Of a DNA stretch of 64,000 nt, positions 1 to 10,800 are shown one piece after another (the first letter of the stretch is position 1; each line of letters opens with the position of its first letter). The notes beneath the pieces were generated by a model that was not told where the DNA came from, ran no database searches, and saw nothing but the letters and a program-made list of their open reading frames with translations. Made by a program: the position numbers and the translations under genes. Source of the DNA: Coleofasciculus sp. B1-GNL1-01 (lineage in GTDB: Bacteria > Cyanobacteriota > Cyanobacteriia > Cyanobacteriales > Coleofasciculaceae); assembly GCA_040220235.1 (NCBI GenBank), contig JAVJTO010000006.1. One strand, given 5' to 3'.

Positions 1-402
1 GGCTGCGGGTACGGGAAAAATCTGCATGCATAGACCAAAATTATAGCCAGTTGTCACAAGTCCCAGGACTATGGGGAAGATTTTACTCAGCCAAATTAGA
101 TCAATGTTGACTAGGGCAAATAGTCGATAGAATAGGGTGTAGCCCAAGGGAGCATTAGATTGATAATAATCAGCAATTAAATCATTAGGAAACAACTCAG
201 GGTCTAAAAATCGCTGCATCCAAAATAGATGTTGCCGCGCATCATCTTGAATCACATATTCACTACTGAATGCCTCCTGTAATCCCTGAATTCCATAGAT
301 TCCCGCCAATGTTAGACTTAAAAAAAACCAGAATTTGAGCTGGGGACTGTAAGCTCTATCAATCGGAGTGGTTAACCATTGACGTAAATACTTGATTAGC
401 AT
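1..402 (-). CDS. Membrane protein, 5' part only (runs off the window start)
   Basis: Open frame read by eye from ATG at 402: MLIKYLRQWLTTP...FWFFLSLTLAGIYG...VIQDDARQHLFWMQRFLDPELFPNDLIADYYQS...; hydrophobic; same strand as the upstream GT2. Confidence 0.75.
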   Translation of the reverse strand, partial: MLIKYLRQWLTTPIDRAYSPQLKFWFFLSLTLAGIYGIQGLQEAFSSEYVIQDDARQHLFWMQRFLDPELFPNDLIADYYQSNAPLGYTLFYRLFALVNIDLIWLSKIFPIVLGLVTTGYNFGLCMQIFPVPAA

Positions 403-504
403 AGAAATCTCAAATTAATTAATCTTTGATTTTTGTTTGTAAATAAAAAAGGTTTGACAAAAACAGATAATTCAGTATTTTTTCAGGGAATTGAACACCA
501 TCAA

Positions 505-1428
505 CTAGGTTCGTTTGTCAAGCATATCCGCTAAAAGTGCAAACATACCAATTTGGGTAGCAGCAATCAAAAGAATGAGTGTCCTTTCCGTAAGATTTTC
601 GCGAACAATAATATCTTGGATAAATGTAAACAAGAACCCCAGCCAAAATAATCCTGATATAGGGATAAACACTCTTAAAGGCGCAAAGTAAACTCCCGTT
701 CGTAAAATCAATTGAATGAAACGCAACGTATCGCGAATTGGCTTGATCTTGCTTTTACCCTGACGATGATGAAAGTTAATGGCTTCGTAATGTACGATAT
801 AATTATTGGTTAGCATGGCTACTGTAATGGTAGTCGTGAAGCTAAATGTGTCTGGCAGGATCTTCAGAAATCGTTTAACCACACTCTTGTGAAAAACTCG
901 CAGTCCACTGTTGAGATCGGGAATTCGACTATTTGTGATCCATTCAGCAAAGCGAATCAAAAACCATTTCGGTATTTTCCGCAGATTTGAATAGTGAACC
1001 TGAGTACCAATCCTCGCCCCCACAACCATATCGGCATTTTGGGTCAAAGCAACCAGATGGGGAATCATTTCGTTGGGATAGGTGCCGTCAGCATCGGTAA
1101 TCACAATTAAAGGATACTTAGCTTGTCGAATTCCTGTCTTCAGTGCAGCACCATATCCCCGATTCCGGCGATGTTCAATGACTCTAACATTCAAGCAGGA
1201 GCGCAACAGTTCACCTGTTTTGTCCGTCGAACCGTCATTAACAGCGATAATCTCATACTCACAGTTAGCCGATTTGAGAGTGTTCTGGAGATGATCGATA
1301 GTTAGGGTAATGCCTTTTTCTTCGTTGTAAACGGGAAGGATGATGGAAAATGGCGGACAGTTTGCCTCTAAACCATTATGGCTAGAGGATAATTCTTGGT
1401 TGACTTGGCTACTTTCCTGCATGCTCAA
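505..1428 (-). CDS. Glycosyltransferase family 2 (DPM1/GtrB-like) with two C-terminal TM helices
   Basis: SIILPVYNEE, VNDGSTD, NRGYGAALKTG, DADG motifs; hydrophobic C-terminus; likely start ATG 1422. Confidence 0.92.
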   Translation of the reverse strand: MSMQESSQVNQELSSSHNGLEANCPPFSIILPVYNEEKGITLTIDHLQNTLKSANCEYEIIAVNDGSTDKTGELLRSCLNVRVIEHRRNRGYGAALKTGIRQAKYPLIVITDADGTYPNEMIPHLVALTQNADMVVGARIGTQVHYSNLRKIPKWFLIRFAEWITNSRIPDLNSGLRVFHKSVVKRFLKILPDTFSFTTTITVAMLTNNYIVHYEAINFHHRQGKSKIKPIRDTLRFIQLILRTGVYFAPLRVFIPISGLFWLGFLFTFIQDIIVRENLTERTLILLIAATQIGMFALLADMLDKRT

Positions 1429-1893
1429 TAAGCCTTTGAGTAAAAGCCCCGTTTAATGTTTCCCAAATTTATCATGACTTACTGTATTTCAGAAGACAGT
1501 TTAACTATTTTTTATCTATTGATGTATAAGGTATCACCAAATCCGTACAGCACACCGGTGATCCATCTAAAGCGGGACATTTAGGTTAGGGAACAGATCT
1601 TTCTTAGGCGCTGTCCCGGCTTAGGTTGGTAGCCGCACACCTAATCGGGTCTTCATCCGTTGATAAGAGCAGCCTATCACTCTTGTGAAGATTCGAGTTG
1701 ATAATCCAGGATGACGATGAAATGGCTAAGGGCATCAATTACACAAAAAACCCTCTTCTTTGTTCAGATGGCGTCCAGTTTAGGGTTCGGCTACCTCTTT
1801 TAGACTTGATAATCTGGAAATCGACTTCATTTATTCTCATGAATATGAGTTAAGCTGAAGAGTGAAGTCTGGTATAAGTGTGAGCATCGGACG

Positions 1894-3213
1894 GTGATTT
1901 CTCAGGATTTTCTCAAAACCATTGCTACTGAACGCAATCTGTCCAAATCGGAATTAGAGGTGTTGTCCCTGGCGATGGAGGGTCATGGAACGGCTGCGAT
2001 CGCGTCTCACCTTCAGATTAGTGGGGATGCTGTGCGTAAGCGACTTAGCGAAGTCTACCAAAAGTTTAAGATTCCGGGTAGAGGTCCGGTTAAGCTGACC
2101 AAATTGCAACAAATCTTGGTTAACCGCTATCAAGAGTATCTCCAGCAGCAAAAGGATACGCCAAACCGTTCCCCTGTTTCCCAGAGTCCCCCCCCTACCT
2201 CACCCCAGCCGCCAAATCGCCGGGATTGGGGTGAAGCACCCGATGTTTCCGTATTCTACGGGCGTGGTGATGAACTGAAAACCCTGGAACGGTGGATTAT
2301 TCAGGAACACTGTCGCTTAGTGGCGCTGTTGGGGATGAGTGGTATTGGTAAAACGGCGTTATCGGTGAAGGTGGCGAAACAGTTACAGGATGAGTTTGAG
2401 GTTGTCCTGTGGCGATCGCTACGTCAAGCCCCTTCTGTGTCTGATCTTCTCGCCGCTTTAATTCCAGACTTATCCCAGCAACCGGAAACGGTAATACCCC
2501 AAACCCCTGATCAGCGCATTTCCTGGTTGATTGACTATTTTCGACAGCATCGTTGTTTGGTCATTTTGGATGGTGTGGAGTCGATTTTGCAGAGTGGGAA
2601 GCTAGCTGGGATTTACAGAGAAGGCTATGAAGGGTATGGTGATTTTTTCCGACGTTTAGGAGAAGAACCGCACCAAAGCTGTGTATTAATTACGTCTCAG
2701 GAAAAACTGAATGAAGTTTCCTTATTAGAAGGTGAGACATCACCCGTTCGTTCCTTTAAGTTAGAGGGGTTAGGAGACGCGGCTCAATTAATCTTAAAGG
2801 AAAAAGGATTATCGGGCGAGAAAAAATGGCAACCGTTAATTCAAGGGTATCGCGGTAATCCGTTTATGCTCAAGCTGGTGGCGACGACGATTAAGGAAGT
2901 TTTTGATGGTGACGTGACGGATTTTTTATCGACGACGTTGTTTACTCATGATATTAGTGATTTTATTGAGGAAGTTTTAGACCGCTTATCAGAATTAGAA
3001 GAAAGACTATTGGTTTATCTGGCTCACCAAAAAGAGGCGATTTCGTTTAAAGCATTGCAACAGCATTTTAGTGATACATCACCCCAGGAAGTGATTCGGG
3101 CGCTGGGTTCTCTGAGTCAGCGATCGCTGGTGGAGAAGTCGGAGGGTCGATTTATTTTACCACCAGCTGTTCGGGAAGTGACGCTGCAATTAATGACTCC
3201 GTTAGAAGATTGA
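1894..3213 (+). CDS. LuxR-like HTH plus NB-ARC (STAND) NTPase
   Basis: N-terminal LSKSELEVL...IASHLQIS...VRKRLSEVYQK HTH; DWGEAPDVSVFYGR; Walker A GMSGIGKT; Walker B LVILDGVE; GNP motif. Confidence 0.88.
   Translation: MISQDFLKTIATERNLSKSELEVLSLAMEGHGTAAIASHLQISGDAVRKRLSEVYQKFKIPGRGPVKLTKLQQILVNRYQEYLQQQKDTPNRSPVSQSPPPTSPQPPNRRDWGEAPDVSVFYGRGDELKTLERWIIQEHCRLVALLGMSGIGKTALSVKVAKQLQDEFEVVLWRSLRQAPSVSDLLAALIPDLSQQPETVIPQTPDQRISWLIDYFRQHRCLVILDGVESILQSGKLAGIYREGYEGYGDFFRRLGEEPHQSCVLITSQEKLNEVSLLEGETSPVRSFKLEGLGDAAQLILKEKGLSGEKKWQPLIQGYRGNPFMLKLVATTIKEVFDGDVTDFLSTTLFTHDISDFIEEVLDRLSELEERLLVYLAHQKEAISFKALQQHFSDTSPQEVIRALGSLSQRSLVEKSEGRFILPPAVREVTLQLMTPLED
1996..2003. repeat. HIP1 octamer GCGATCGC (example; many copies across the window)
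   Basis: Seen repeatedly, e.g. 1996, 2412, 58163; none seen in about 58200-61900. Confidence 0.9.
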
Positions 3214-3442
3214 AGCCACGGCGATTGAAATAACTGCTACACAAACAAAGTCCGCCTACGCGGACTGACTTATAGCTAGGGTGGGAAACCTGGATTTAGT
3301 ATAATTGGCTTGAGGGAATAACATCTAAACCGATTCTTTAATCATGCGACTCCGAGTTTCTTTCCTGTCAAGATATACTCAATAAATTTGGTTATTCTGG
3401 ATTCTAGATGAATAAATCCAGCTTATGTATACTTTTAGTGCA

Positions 3443-3709
3443 TTAATACACTTCATCAGGGCTGCCAATATCTACAAAAACAGCCTTTCTATCTTCCGTA
3501 AAGTAGAACAATACCCTCTCATCGTAATCTACACTGAAACTCCATAAATCTTTAAGCTTGCCTGATAATTTGTGTGTTTTCAAACTTGGCTCGAATGGAT
3601 CTACCGTAAACTGTTCTAATTTTTGCCAAAACCTTGTTTCTAAATCTGGATTACCCTTAATGCGTTTTTTGAATGCACGTTTAAACGAAGAGCTGAAACT
3701 GACTTCCAC
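3443..3709 (-). CDS. Type II TA toxin, RelE/YafQ family mRNA interferase
   Basis: 88 aa; SSSFKRAFKK, LKTHKLSGKLKDLWSFSV, C-terminal DIGSPDEVY; 2 bp downstream of a small acidic partner. Confidence 0.85.
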   Translation of the reverse strand: MEVSFSSSFKRAFKKRIKGNPDLETRFWQKLEQFTVDPFEPSLKTHKLSGKLKDLWSFSVDYDERVLFYFTEDRKAVFVDIGSPDEVY

Positions 3710-3711
3710 AA

Positions 3712-3918
3712 TTATTCCTCTATCAGTTGTCTTAGTTCGTTAATATTGGCAGAAGACTTTAGTTCCCCTTTTTGCTGTTCAACCTGCGCTGACTTGAAGT
3801 TCCTATATATCTCGCCACGGCGTTCTTCACGGATGTATTGCTTCAACAACAGTTGAATTTCCAGCTTTTCATCTGTGGAAAGATTCTGGATCGCCTCAAC
3901 GACATCATTAAAAGTCAT
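3712..3918 (-). CDS. Probable antitoxin of the adjacent RelE/YafQ toxin
   Basis: 68-aa helical protein directly upstream of the toxin in the same orientation. Confidence 0.7.
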   Translation of the reverse strand: MTFNDVVEAIQNLSTDEKLEIQLLLKQYIREERRGEIYRNFKSAQVEQQKGELKSSANINELRQLIEE

Positions 3919-4131
3919 AATTTATCATAGCCTCATCATACTGACCTATTCTTTACATTAACTATGGCATAGTCAAACTTCAATCCTCAACCTCACCCAA
4001 CTCCTGCTTTCCTTAACTCAGCGAAACAAACCTTTCTCGATGCCATTACTTGCTTCGATCGTACAATCTACCTGATCACCGATGCATCTCTCGTCACCCT
4101 TCCTACCTTCTCCCCCTATGAACCCTCCCTT

Positions 4132-4149
4132 GTCAACAATAACGCTCAT
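4132..4149 (-). pseudogene. Six-codon stub of a vapC PIN toxin
   Basis: ATG overlaps the vapB stop (ATGA) and reads MSVIVD, a PIN-type start, then unrelated sequence. Confidence 0.5.
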
Positions 4150-4346
4150 CTTGTTTGTCTTTGTTGCTTGTAATCATAATCTTCTTCATAGTCTATCGTT
4201 CCAAATAACTCCAAAACTTTCAGTTGTTTGCGACGTTGAATGTATTCTCGCAAAGCTGCTTCAATCAACCGATCTGCTGTTGAATGTTCGCACAATGAAA
4301 GTGCTTCTTCAAGAAGCTTTTCGTCAATTTCAATATTGGTTGCCAT
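4146..4346 (-). CDS. vapB: VapB-family antitoxin (RHH)
   Basis: MATNIEIDEKLLEEAL...IEAALREYIQRRKQLKVLELFGTIDY...YDYK pattern. Confidence 0.8.
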   Translation of the reverse strand: MATNIEIDEKLLEEALSLCEHSTADRLIEAALREYIQRRKQLKVLELFGTIDYEEDYDYKQQRQTR

Positions 4347-4462
4347 GGATTTATCTAGTACAATTAAGGTATGACAATATATTCAATTTTAAGGCAGAGA
4401 ACAGCTTGAGAAAGTTTTCAACTCTGATCACCGATGTGCGGCTATTCATTGACAAACGCTTA

Positions 4463-5203
4463 CTACTCTGGCAAATCGGGTTCAACGCCTAACGCTTTAA
4501 GTCTAGCTCGCAATTCTGTTACCTGCTGTTGTGCAAGTTCCCGCTGCTGTCGTTCTATCTCCGCTTGTTTCTGGGCAATTTCTGCCCTCTCTTCTGGTGT
4601 GGCGACAAGTTGACCCTCTGGGCTGAAAAAACGCAGCTTTGACTCATAAATTCCTAAAAATAGTTCCAACTGACGACTCCATAACCACCCTTGAGGAGTG
4701 AGTTCTATCGGTTGGTACTCACCCGCCATAAGTATAAACCCTTGGAACTCTAATGTATCTGGATGAAACCAAAAATATTCGGGGGTGCGGAAGGTGTCCT
4801 GGTAAAGTTTTTTCTTAAAGTCTTTATCAACTGTAGCGGTGCTGTCAGAAAGCAGTTCCACAATTACATTCGGGTATTTTCCCTGTTCTGCCCATAATAT
4901 CCAGCTTTTGCGGGGTCGATTTTCTGTTCCTAACACGACAAAAAAATCGGGTCCTCTAAAGTCTCGTGTGGTGATGTGTTCTGGGCTAAAGTAGATGGTA
5001 AGATTACCAGTGGCATAGAAGTCAGTGCGTTCTCGCCACCACCACTTGAGGCAAGCCAGCAGGAGTTCTATTTGATCTCGATGTAGGTCACTTTCCAAGG
5101 GCGGTTCATCACTCAACAAATCAGATGGAGGAATAATAATATCCTCTGTGTCGTTAAGGGAAGTAATTTGATCTGTTGGTTGTGAATCCTTGGCAAGGGT
5201 CAT
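4463..5203 (-). CDS. Uma2 (DUF820) family putative endonuclease
   Basis: SDEPPLESDLH, FRGPDFFVV, PNVIVELLSDST, EYFWFHP; coiled-coil tail. Confidence 0.92.
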   Translation of the reverse strand: MTLAKDSQPTDQITSLNDTEDIIIPPSDLLSDEPPLESDLHRDQIELLLACLKWWWRERTDFYATGNLTIYFSPEHITTRDFRGPDFFVVLGTENRPRKSWILWAEQGKYPNVIVELLSDSTATVDKDFKKKLYQDTFRTPEYFWFHPDTLEFQGFILMAGEYQPIELTPQGWLWSRQLELFLGIYESKLRFFSPEGQLVATPEERAEIAQKQAEIERQQRELAQQQVTELRARLKALGVEPDLPE

Positions 5204-5451
5204 CGGGAAGGATGGTATACTTCTATCTTTAGTTTAATGGTCAGATTCGCTGATTAGCGATCGCGCGTTGCTGCCAAATCCCTTTTTGTAACTTTATAAC
5301 CTTTCTCTTTCCCTTCTGCCTTCTGCCCTAGAGGATGGTATTCCACTGGACATGATATCAGCGATTGGCTAGGGGAGGTCTCCCTCATCCCTTAAGATCA
5401 ATTTTAGGATTAAAATAAACAGATTATGGCAAGTCTGAGGAAAGTTTCTCT

Positions 5452-6469
5452 ATGCGTTTTGCCCCAAACTCTACGCCCTTGACTCGCCAGCGCTGGTGGC
5501 TTGTCATTATCTTATCTGGATTAGCCCTAATTTTAGCTCATGGGTTGGCACTTCTCTATCAGGTGCAATCGGGACTATCGCTGGGGTTTTTCCCTTCCGG
5601 AGTCGCGATCGCACTGACGCTCTGGTTTGAATGGGTAGGAATTATTCTAACCGGAATCACTTCACTCGTCATCGCCCCGTTGTGGGGACATGGTGATTGG
5701 ACGGGTTGGCTCAGATGCACTGATATAATAGTTCCCCTGATAACTTGGCTTCTCTACCGCAAACTCTGGCACGGTTCGCTGTCACTTAAACGCCGATCTG
5801 ATGCGGTTGTCTTTATTGCCAGTGCTATCATCGCCGCCTCTTGCACTTGCGCCACGGTTCACAGTCTCGGTTTGCTGGCTTGGGGTAAAATAACGCCATC
5901 TACTCTACTCCAACACTTATCATATAACTGGTTAGGACAAGCAATTGGTATCCTCGCCGTAGCGCCAACGGCTCTTTTATTTCTCACCCGATTCTGGCAA
6001 AATCAAGGTTGGCTTGCCATTTCAGACCAAGAAAATTCCTCGGTTTGGAATCTCTCGCTACATCAATGGCTGGAACTCCTAGCATTGGCGTTCTTGAGTA
6101 TCTGTATCGCTACCCTCACTGTTTGGGCAACTCTTGATTTAGGCTTGACGTTTGAGCGATTATTGTTTATTGGTTTTCTGCCGATTCTCTGGGCAGCTAT
6201 CCGTTTTGGTGCGATGGGTGGGATGCTTTTAGTCAGCTTTTCTATCGGGGTGACGCTGTTAGATTACCTCATCTTTTATCCGAACGCCTTCTCCCTATCC
6301 CCATTGCCCATTTCCGCCGATATTTTATCGCTGCACCAACTCAGCCTGCTGATGCGAGGTATTGTCAGTTTACTCCTGGGAGCGGCGATCGCACAACCGG
6401 AAACCGTTACCACCAAACCTGCGGCAGATAGTGACTATCCCACTCGCGCTCAACTCAATAACGTACTCG
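5452..6469 (+). pseudogene. N-terminal MASE1 membrane-sensor part of a hybrid histidine kinase interrupted by an IS200/IS605 element
   Basis: Multi-TM MASE1-like sequence (FFPSGVAIAL, WLGQAIGILAVAP, PILWAAIRFG); the ORF runs into the IS left end; its frame continues after the IS at 7829. Confidence 0.8.
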
Positions 6470-7828
6470 CGGAAGTCCTCACCCTCAACTCTCGTAGGGT
6501 GAGGATGGACAGCGGAAAATTGAGGAACGAAATTTTCAAACTATCCTGACCTAATTACTGGAAATAGCATATAATAGTAAGAAAAGGTAAAAACAATGCG
6601 ACATCAAGCCGTCAAGGTAAGGCTGTATCCCACAACTGAACAACAGGAAATATTAGCTCAACACTTTGGCTGTAGTCGTTGGTGGTGGAATCATGCACTC
6701 AATCTGTGTATTGAAACCTACCAGTTAACAGGTAAGGGCTTGAGTCAATCAGCATTGAATGCATTTTTACCTAAGCTCAAGAAACAGGAAGAGACTGAAT
6801 GGTTGTCTGAATGCTATTCTCAGGTCTTACAAGCTACTACGCTTAACCTGGTAACTGCATATCGAAACTTTTTTGAGGGTAGAGCCAGATACCCCAGGTT
6901 CAAGGCTAAAAGGAATAGGCAATCTATTCAGTATCCCCAATCGGTTAAGGTCGTTGATGATTGCCTCAAGTTTCCCGGTCGCGTTGGTACACTCAAAGCT
7001 AAAATACACCGACCAATTGAAGGAACTATCAAAACAGTAACTGTCAGTATGACCCCATCGGGTAAGTATTTTGCTTCTGTATTAATGGAGTTAGAAGGGA
7101 ATAACCCACCGACTAACACCGATGGTAAAGTCGCTGGAATTGATTTAGGGTTAAAGGATTTTGCCATTGTCAATGATGGGTGCAAAACCTCTAAATACGC
7201 TAATCCCAAACATTTAGCCAAACATGAGCGTAACCTCAAGCGGAAGCAACGGAAATTAGACAGAAAGGAGAAAGGAAGCAAGTCACGAGATAAAGCCAGG
7301 AAACTGGTGGCTAGGGTTCACGAGAGAGTATCAAATGTCCGCCAAGACTACTTACATAAGCTATCCAGAAAGCTTGTTGACGAAAACCAAGTCATCGTAG
7401 TCGAAAGCTTGAATACTAAGGGCATGGTTCGGAACCACAAACTAGCTAAAGCAATTTCTGATGTGGGTTGGGGAATGTTTGTCAATTTTTTATCGTACAA
7501 GCTTGAATTTGAGGGCAAGGTATTGGTAGAAATTGACCGATGGTTCCCTAGCTCAAAACTCTGCTCAAGCTGCCATTATCAGGTAAACGAGATGCCCTTA
7601 GAGGTCAGGACTTGGACTTGTCCTAACTGCGGCACTCATCATGATAGAGACGGTAATGCTTCAGCAAATATCAGAGCGGAAGGCATCAGAATCTTATCGG
7701 TCTTAGGGACTAGGACTGCTGCTGATGGAGGGGATGTGAGACCGAAACTTGGACGTAAGTCTAAGTTGACGCAATCCCCTATGAAATCAGAAGCTCAGGC
7801 TTCTACGAAGTAAGCCTGAGTAGTTCAC
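6455..7828 (+). mobile_element. IS200/IS605-family element carrying tnpB only (IS1341-like)
   Basis: Left hairpin TCCTCACCCT..AGGGTGAGGA; right hairpin CTCAGGCTT..AAGCCTGAG preceded by GAAG and followed by TAGTTCAC; no TSD; left junction uncertain within 6455-6470. Confidence 0.85.
6596..7813 (+). CDS. tnpB: RNA-guided endonuclease TnpB
   Basis: N-terminal HTH (RLYPTTEQ...FGCSRWWWN), RuvC-I GIDLG, RuvC-II VVESL, CSSC/CPNC zinc finger, RuvC-III HDRDGNA; catalytic D-E-D intact. Confidence 0.95.
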   Translation: MRHQAVKVRLYPTTEQQEILAQHFGCSRWWWNHALNLCIETYQLTGKGLSQSALNAFLPKLKKQEETEWLSECYSQVLQATTLNLVTAYRNFFEGRARYPRFKAKRNRQSIQYPQSVKVVDDCLKFPGRVGTLKAKIHRPIEGTIKTVTVSMTPSGKYFASVLMELEGNNPPTNTDGKVAGIDLGLKDFAIVNDGCKTSKYANPKHLAKHERNLKRKQRKLDRKEKGSKSRDKARKLVARVHERVSNVRQDYLHKLSRKLVDENQVIVVESLNTKGMVRNHKLAKAISDVGWGMFVNFLSYKLEFEGKVLVEIDRWFPSSKLCSSCHYQVNEMPLEVRTWTCPNCGTHHDRDGNASANIRAEGIRILSVLGTRTAADGGDVRPKLGRKSKLTQSPMKSEAQASTK

Positions 7829-10800
7829 CCAAAGCTTATACTCGCTTACAAGAATTTAACCAAAAATTGCGCCAGAGTGAAGAACGATTTCGCACCTCTG
7901 TGGAAAATATGCTGGATTGTTTTGGTATTTATACCGCAATCCGCGATGAATCGGGTGAGATTGTTGATTTTCGCATCGATTATGTTAATGCCGCCGCTTG
8001 CCGTGATAACTTTTTCAGTAAACAAGAGCAAATTGGTCAGTCGTTATGCCAACTCTTCCCGGCTCATCGGGAAACTGGGTTATTTGCCGACTACTGTAAA
8101 GTGGTGGAAACGGGTGAACCCTTAGTTAAAGAATCCCTGATTTACGAGGATAATTTTGGTCAGCAACGCCTGCGTCGCGCCTATGATATCCGGGCGAGTA
8201 AGTTAGGAGATGGCTTTATCGCCACTTGGCGGGATATTACCGCAGATAAGCAGATTGAAGCCGAACGTCAACACTTGGCACATCAGGTACAGCAGCAGGT
8301 GGGACTGTTACAGGGTATTTTGAGCGCTTCTGTAGATCACATTTACCTGTATGACCGTCACGGGAAATATCTCTACGTTAGTGTATCAGCAGCCGAGGCG
8401 TTAGGACGACAGCCGAGTGATATGGTGGGGAAAACCTGGCAAGCGTTGGGTTTACCTGCACCCCTGATGGCATCCTTTGATGCTCAACGCCAACTGGTAT
8501 TTGCAACCGGACAAAGCTTGACGGATGAAATCAGCTTCCCGACAGTGCAGGGAATTCGGCAGTATGAATATATTCTCTCACCCGTTGCCAATGCTGAGGG
8601 TAGGATTGAGACAGTGGTGGCTACGGTTAGAGATATTACAGAGCGTAAGCAGGTTCAGGCAGAACTCTATCGCCGTCAACAGCAGTATCAAACTCTGATT
8701 GAGAATTTACCGGATATTATCGCTCGATTTGACCGTCAATTGCGCCATCTTTACGTTAGCCCAGCCGTAGAATCGGTTACGGGGCGGGCGGCGGCGGAGT
8801 TTATTGGCAAAACGAACCGGGAGTTAGGGATGCCTCACCAGCAGTGTGACATCTGGGATAGCGCCCTGAAAACGGTTTTCGCTACGGGAGAATCAACAAC
8901 AATTAAATTTGATTTTCTCGACCAAACTAATGTCACTCGTTACTATGAGGCGCGTTTAGTTCCGGAGTTGGCGTCAGATGGCTCAATTCCATCGGTATTA
9001 TGGATAGCGCGGGATATCACGGACTTGACTCAAGCTGAATTGGCGCTGCGGGAGAGTGAAGAACGACTCCGGTTAGCTTTGGATGCGGCAAAGTTAGGGA
9101 TATGGGATTACGATGTGCCAGCCGGAAAACTTACCTGGTCAAAATCCTGTAAGCTGATGTTTGGCTTGCCACCAGACGAGGCGGATTATGATTATCAGGT
9201 GTTTACCAATTGCCTACATCCAGACGATCGCGATCGCGTCAATCATACAGTAGCCGATGCCCTCCAAACTAAACAAGACTATACCTGTGACTATCGGATT
9301 ATCCATGGCGATGGCACACAACGCTGGATTGCGGCAAAGGGTCGTGCTTTTTATGATGAGAATGACGCACCCACACGTATGATTGGTGTGGTTCTGGATA
9401 TTACTGACCGCAAACAAGCCGAAGTCCAACTGCAAGAACGGGAGGAATTATTCCGCACCTCGGTGGAGACAATGTTGGACTGTTTTGGTATTTACTCCGC
9501 CATACGCGATGAATCGGGTGAGATTATTGATTTTCGCATCGACTATGTTAATACGGCGGTTTGTGAAAGTAACTGTTTAAGCCAAGACAAGCAAATCGGT
9601 AAGGGATTGTGCCAAATCCTCCCCGCCCATCGAGACAGGGGACTATTTGCCGACTACTGTCAGGTTGTGGAAACTCAACAACCGTTAGTGAAAGAATCGG
9701 TTGTGTATGCAGATAATTATGGTCAGCAAGATCAGCAACGCTTGAGTCGAGTCTTTGATATTTGCATTGCCCCCTTTCGCGATGGGTTTATTGCCACTTG
9801 GAGAGATGTGACGGAACGCCAGCAAAGCCAAGCTGAACTGTATCGTCGCCAACAGGAATTCCAAGCTTTGGTGGAAAATTCGCCAGATATTATTTCCCGC
9901 ATTGATCAACAGTTACGTCACGTTTATGTCAACCCAGCCATAGAAGCGGTAACGGGATTGTCACCTCAAGCTTTTTTGGGCAAAACTCATCGGGAGTTAG
10001 GCATCCCTGAACCCATAAGTACCCACTGGCAAACAACTTTGCGAGAAATATTTGCGACTGGGCAAGAGCGAATTACGGAGTTCGATTTCCGCACCCCAAA
10101 TAATACCATTCGATACTATCAAGCCCGGATTGTGCCGGAATTTGCTGAAGATGGTACGGTGGAATTTGTCTTAGGTATCGCCCGGGATATCACTGATATT
10201 AAATTTGCAGAAGCTGAACGCAATCAGCTACTGGTGCAGGCACAGGAAGCCCGTGCGGAAGCGGAAGCGGCGAGTCGTACCAAGGATGAGTTTTTAGCCA
10301 TCGTCTCCCACGAATTGCGATCGCCCCTCAATGCGATTTTGGGGTGGGCAAAGTTACTCCGCATCCGCCAGTTGGATGAACAAAAGACGAATCGCGCCCT
10401 AGAGACAATTGAACGCAACGCCAAAGCCCAAGCCCAACTAATTGACGATTTACTGGATATTTCCCGGATTATTCGCGGTAACATTCGTCTGAATATCTGT
10501 CCCACGAATCTAGTTTCTGTGATTGAAGCGGCGCTGGATACGGTGCGCCCCACGGCGACGGATAAACAGATTCAAATGGACTCCCAGTTCGATACGTCTG
10601 TGGCTTGGGTTTCGGGTGACGCCAACCGCTTACAGCAAGTGATTTGGAATCTCCTCTCCAATGCGGTTAAATTTACCCCAGCCGGGGGACGAGTGGAGAT
10701 TTATTTAGAAGCCGTGGATCACTTTGCCCAAATCCGGGTTAAGGATACAGGGAAAGGAATTAGTCCAGAGTTTCTACCTCATATTTTTGAAAGCTTCCGC

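Noticed and set aside
4082..4492. 136-aa plus-strand ORF and other short antisense ORFs in the track
   Set aside because: They shadow well-supported genes on the opposite strand or in another frame and have no recognisable motifs.
6455..7828. IStron (self-splicing IS) explanation for the in-gene TnpB element
   Set aside because: Only about 130-140 nt precede the tnpB ATG, too short for a group I intron core, and no intron motifs were seen.
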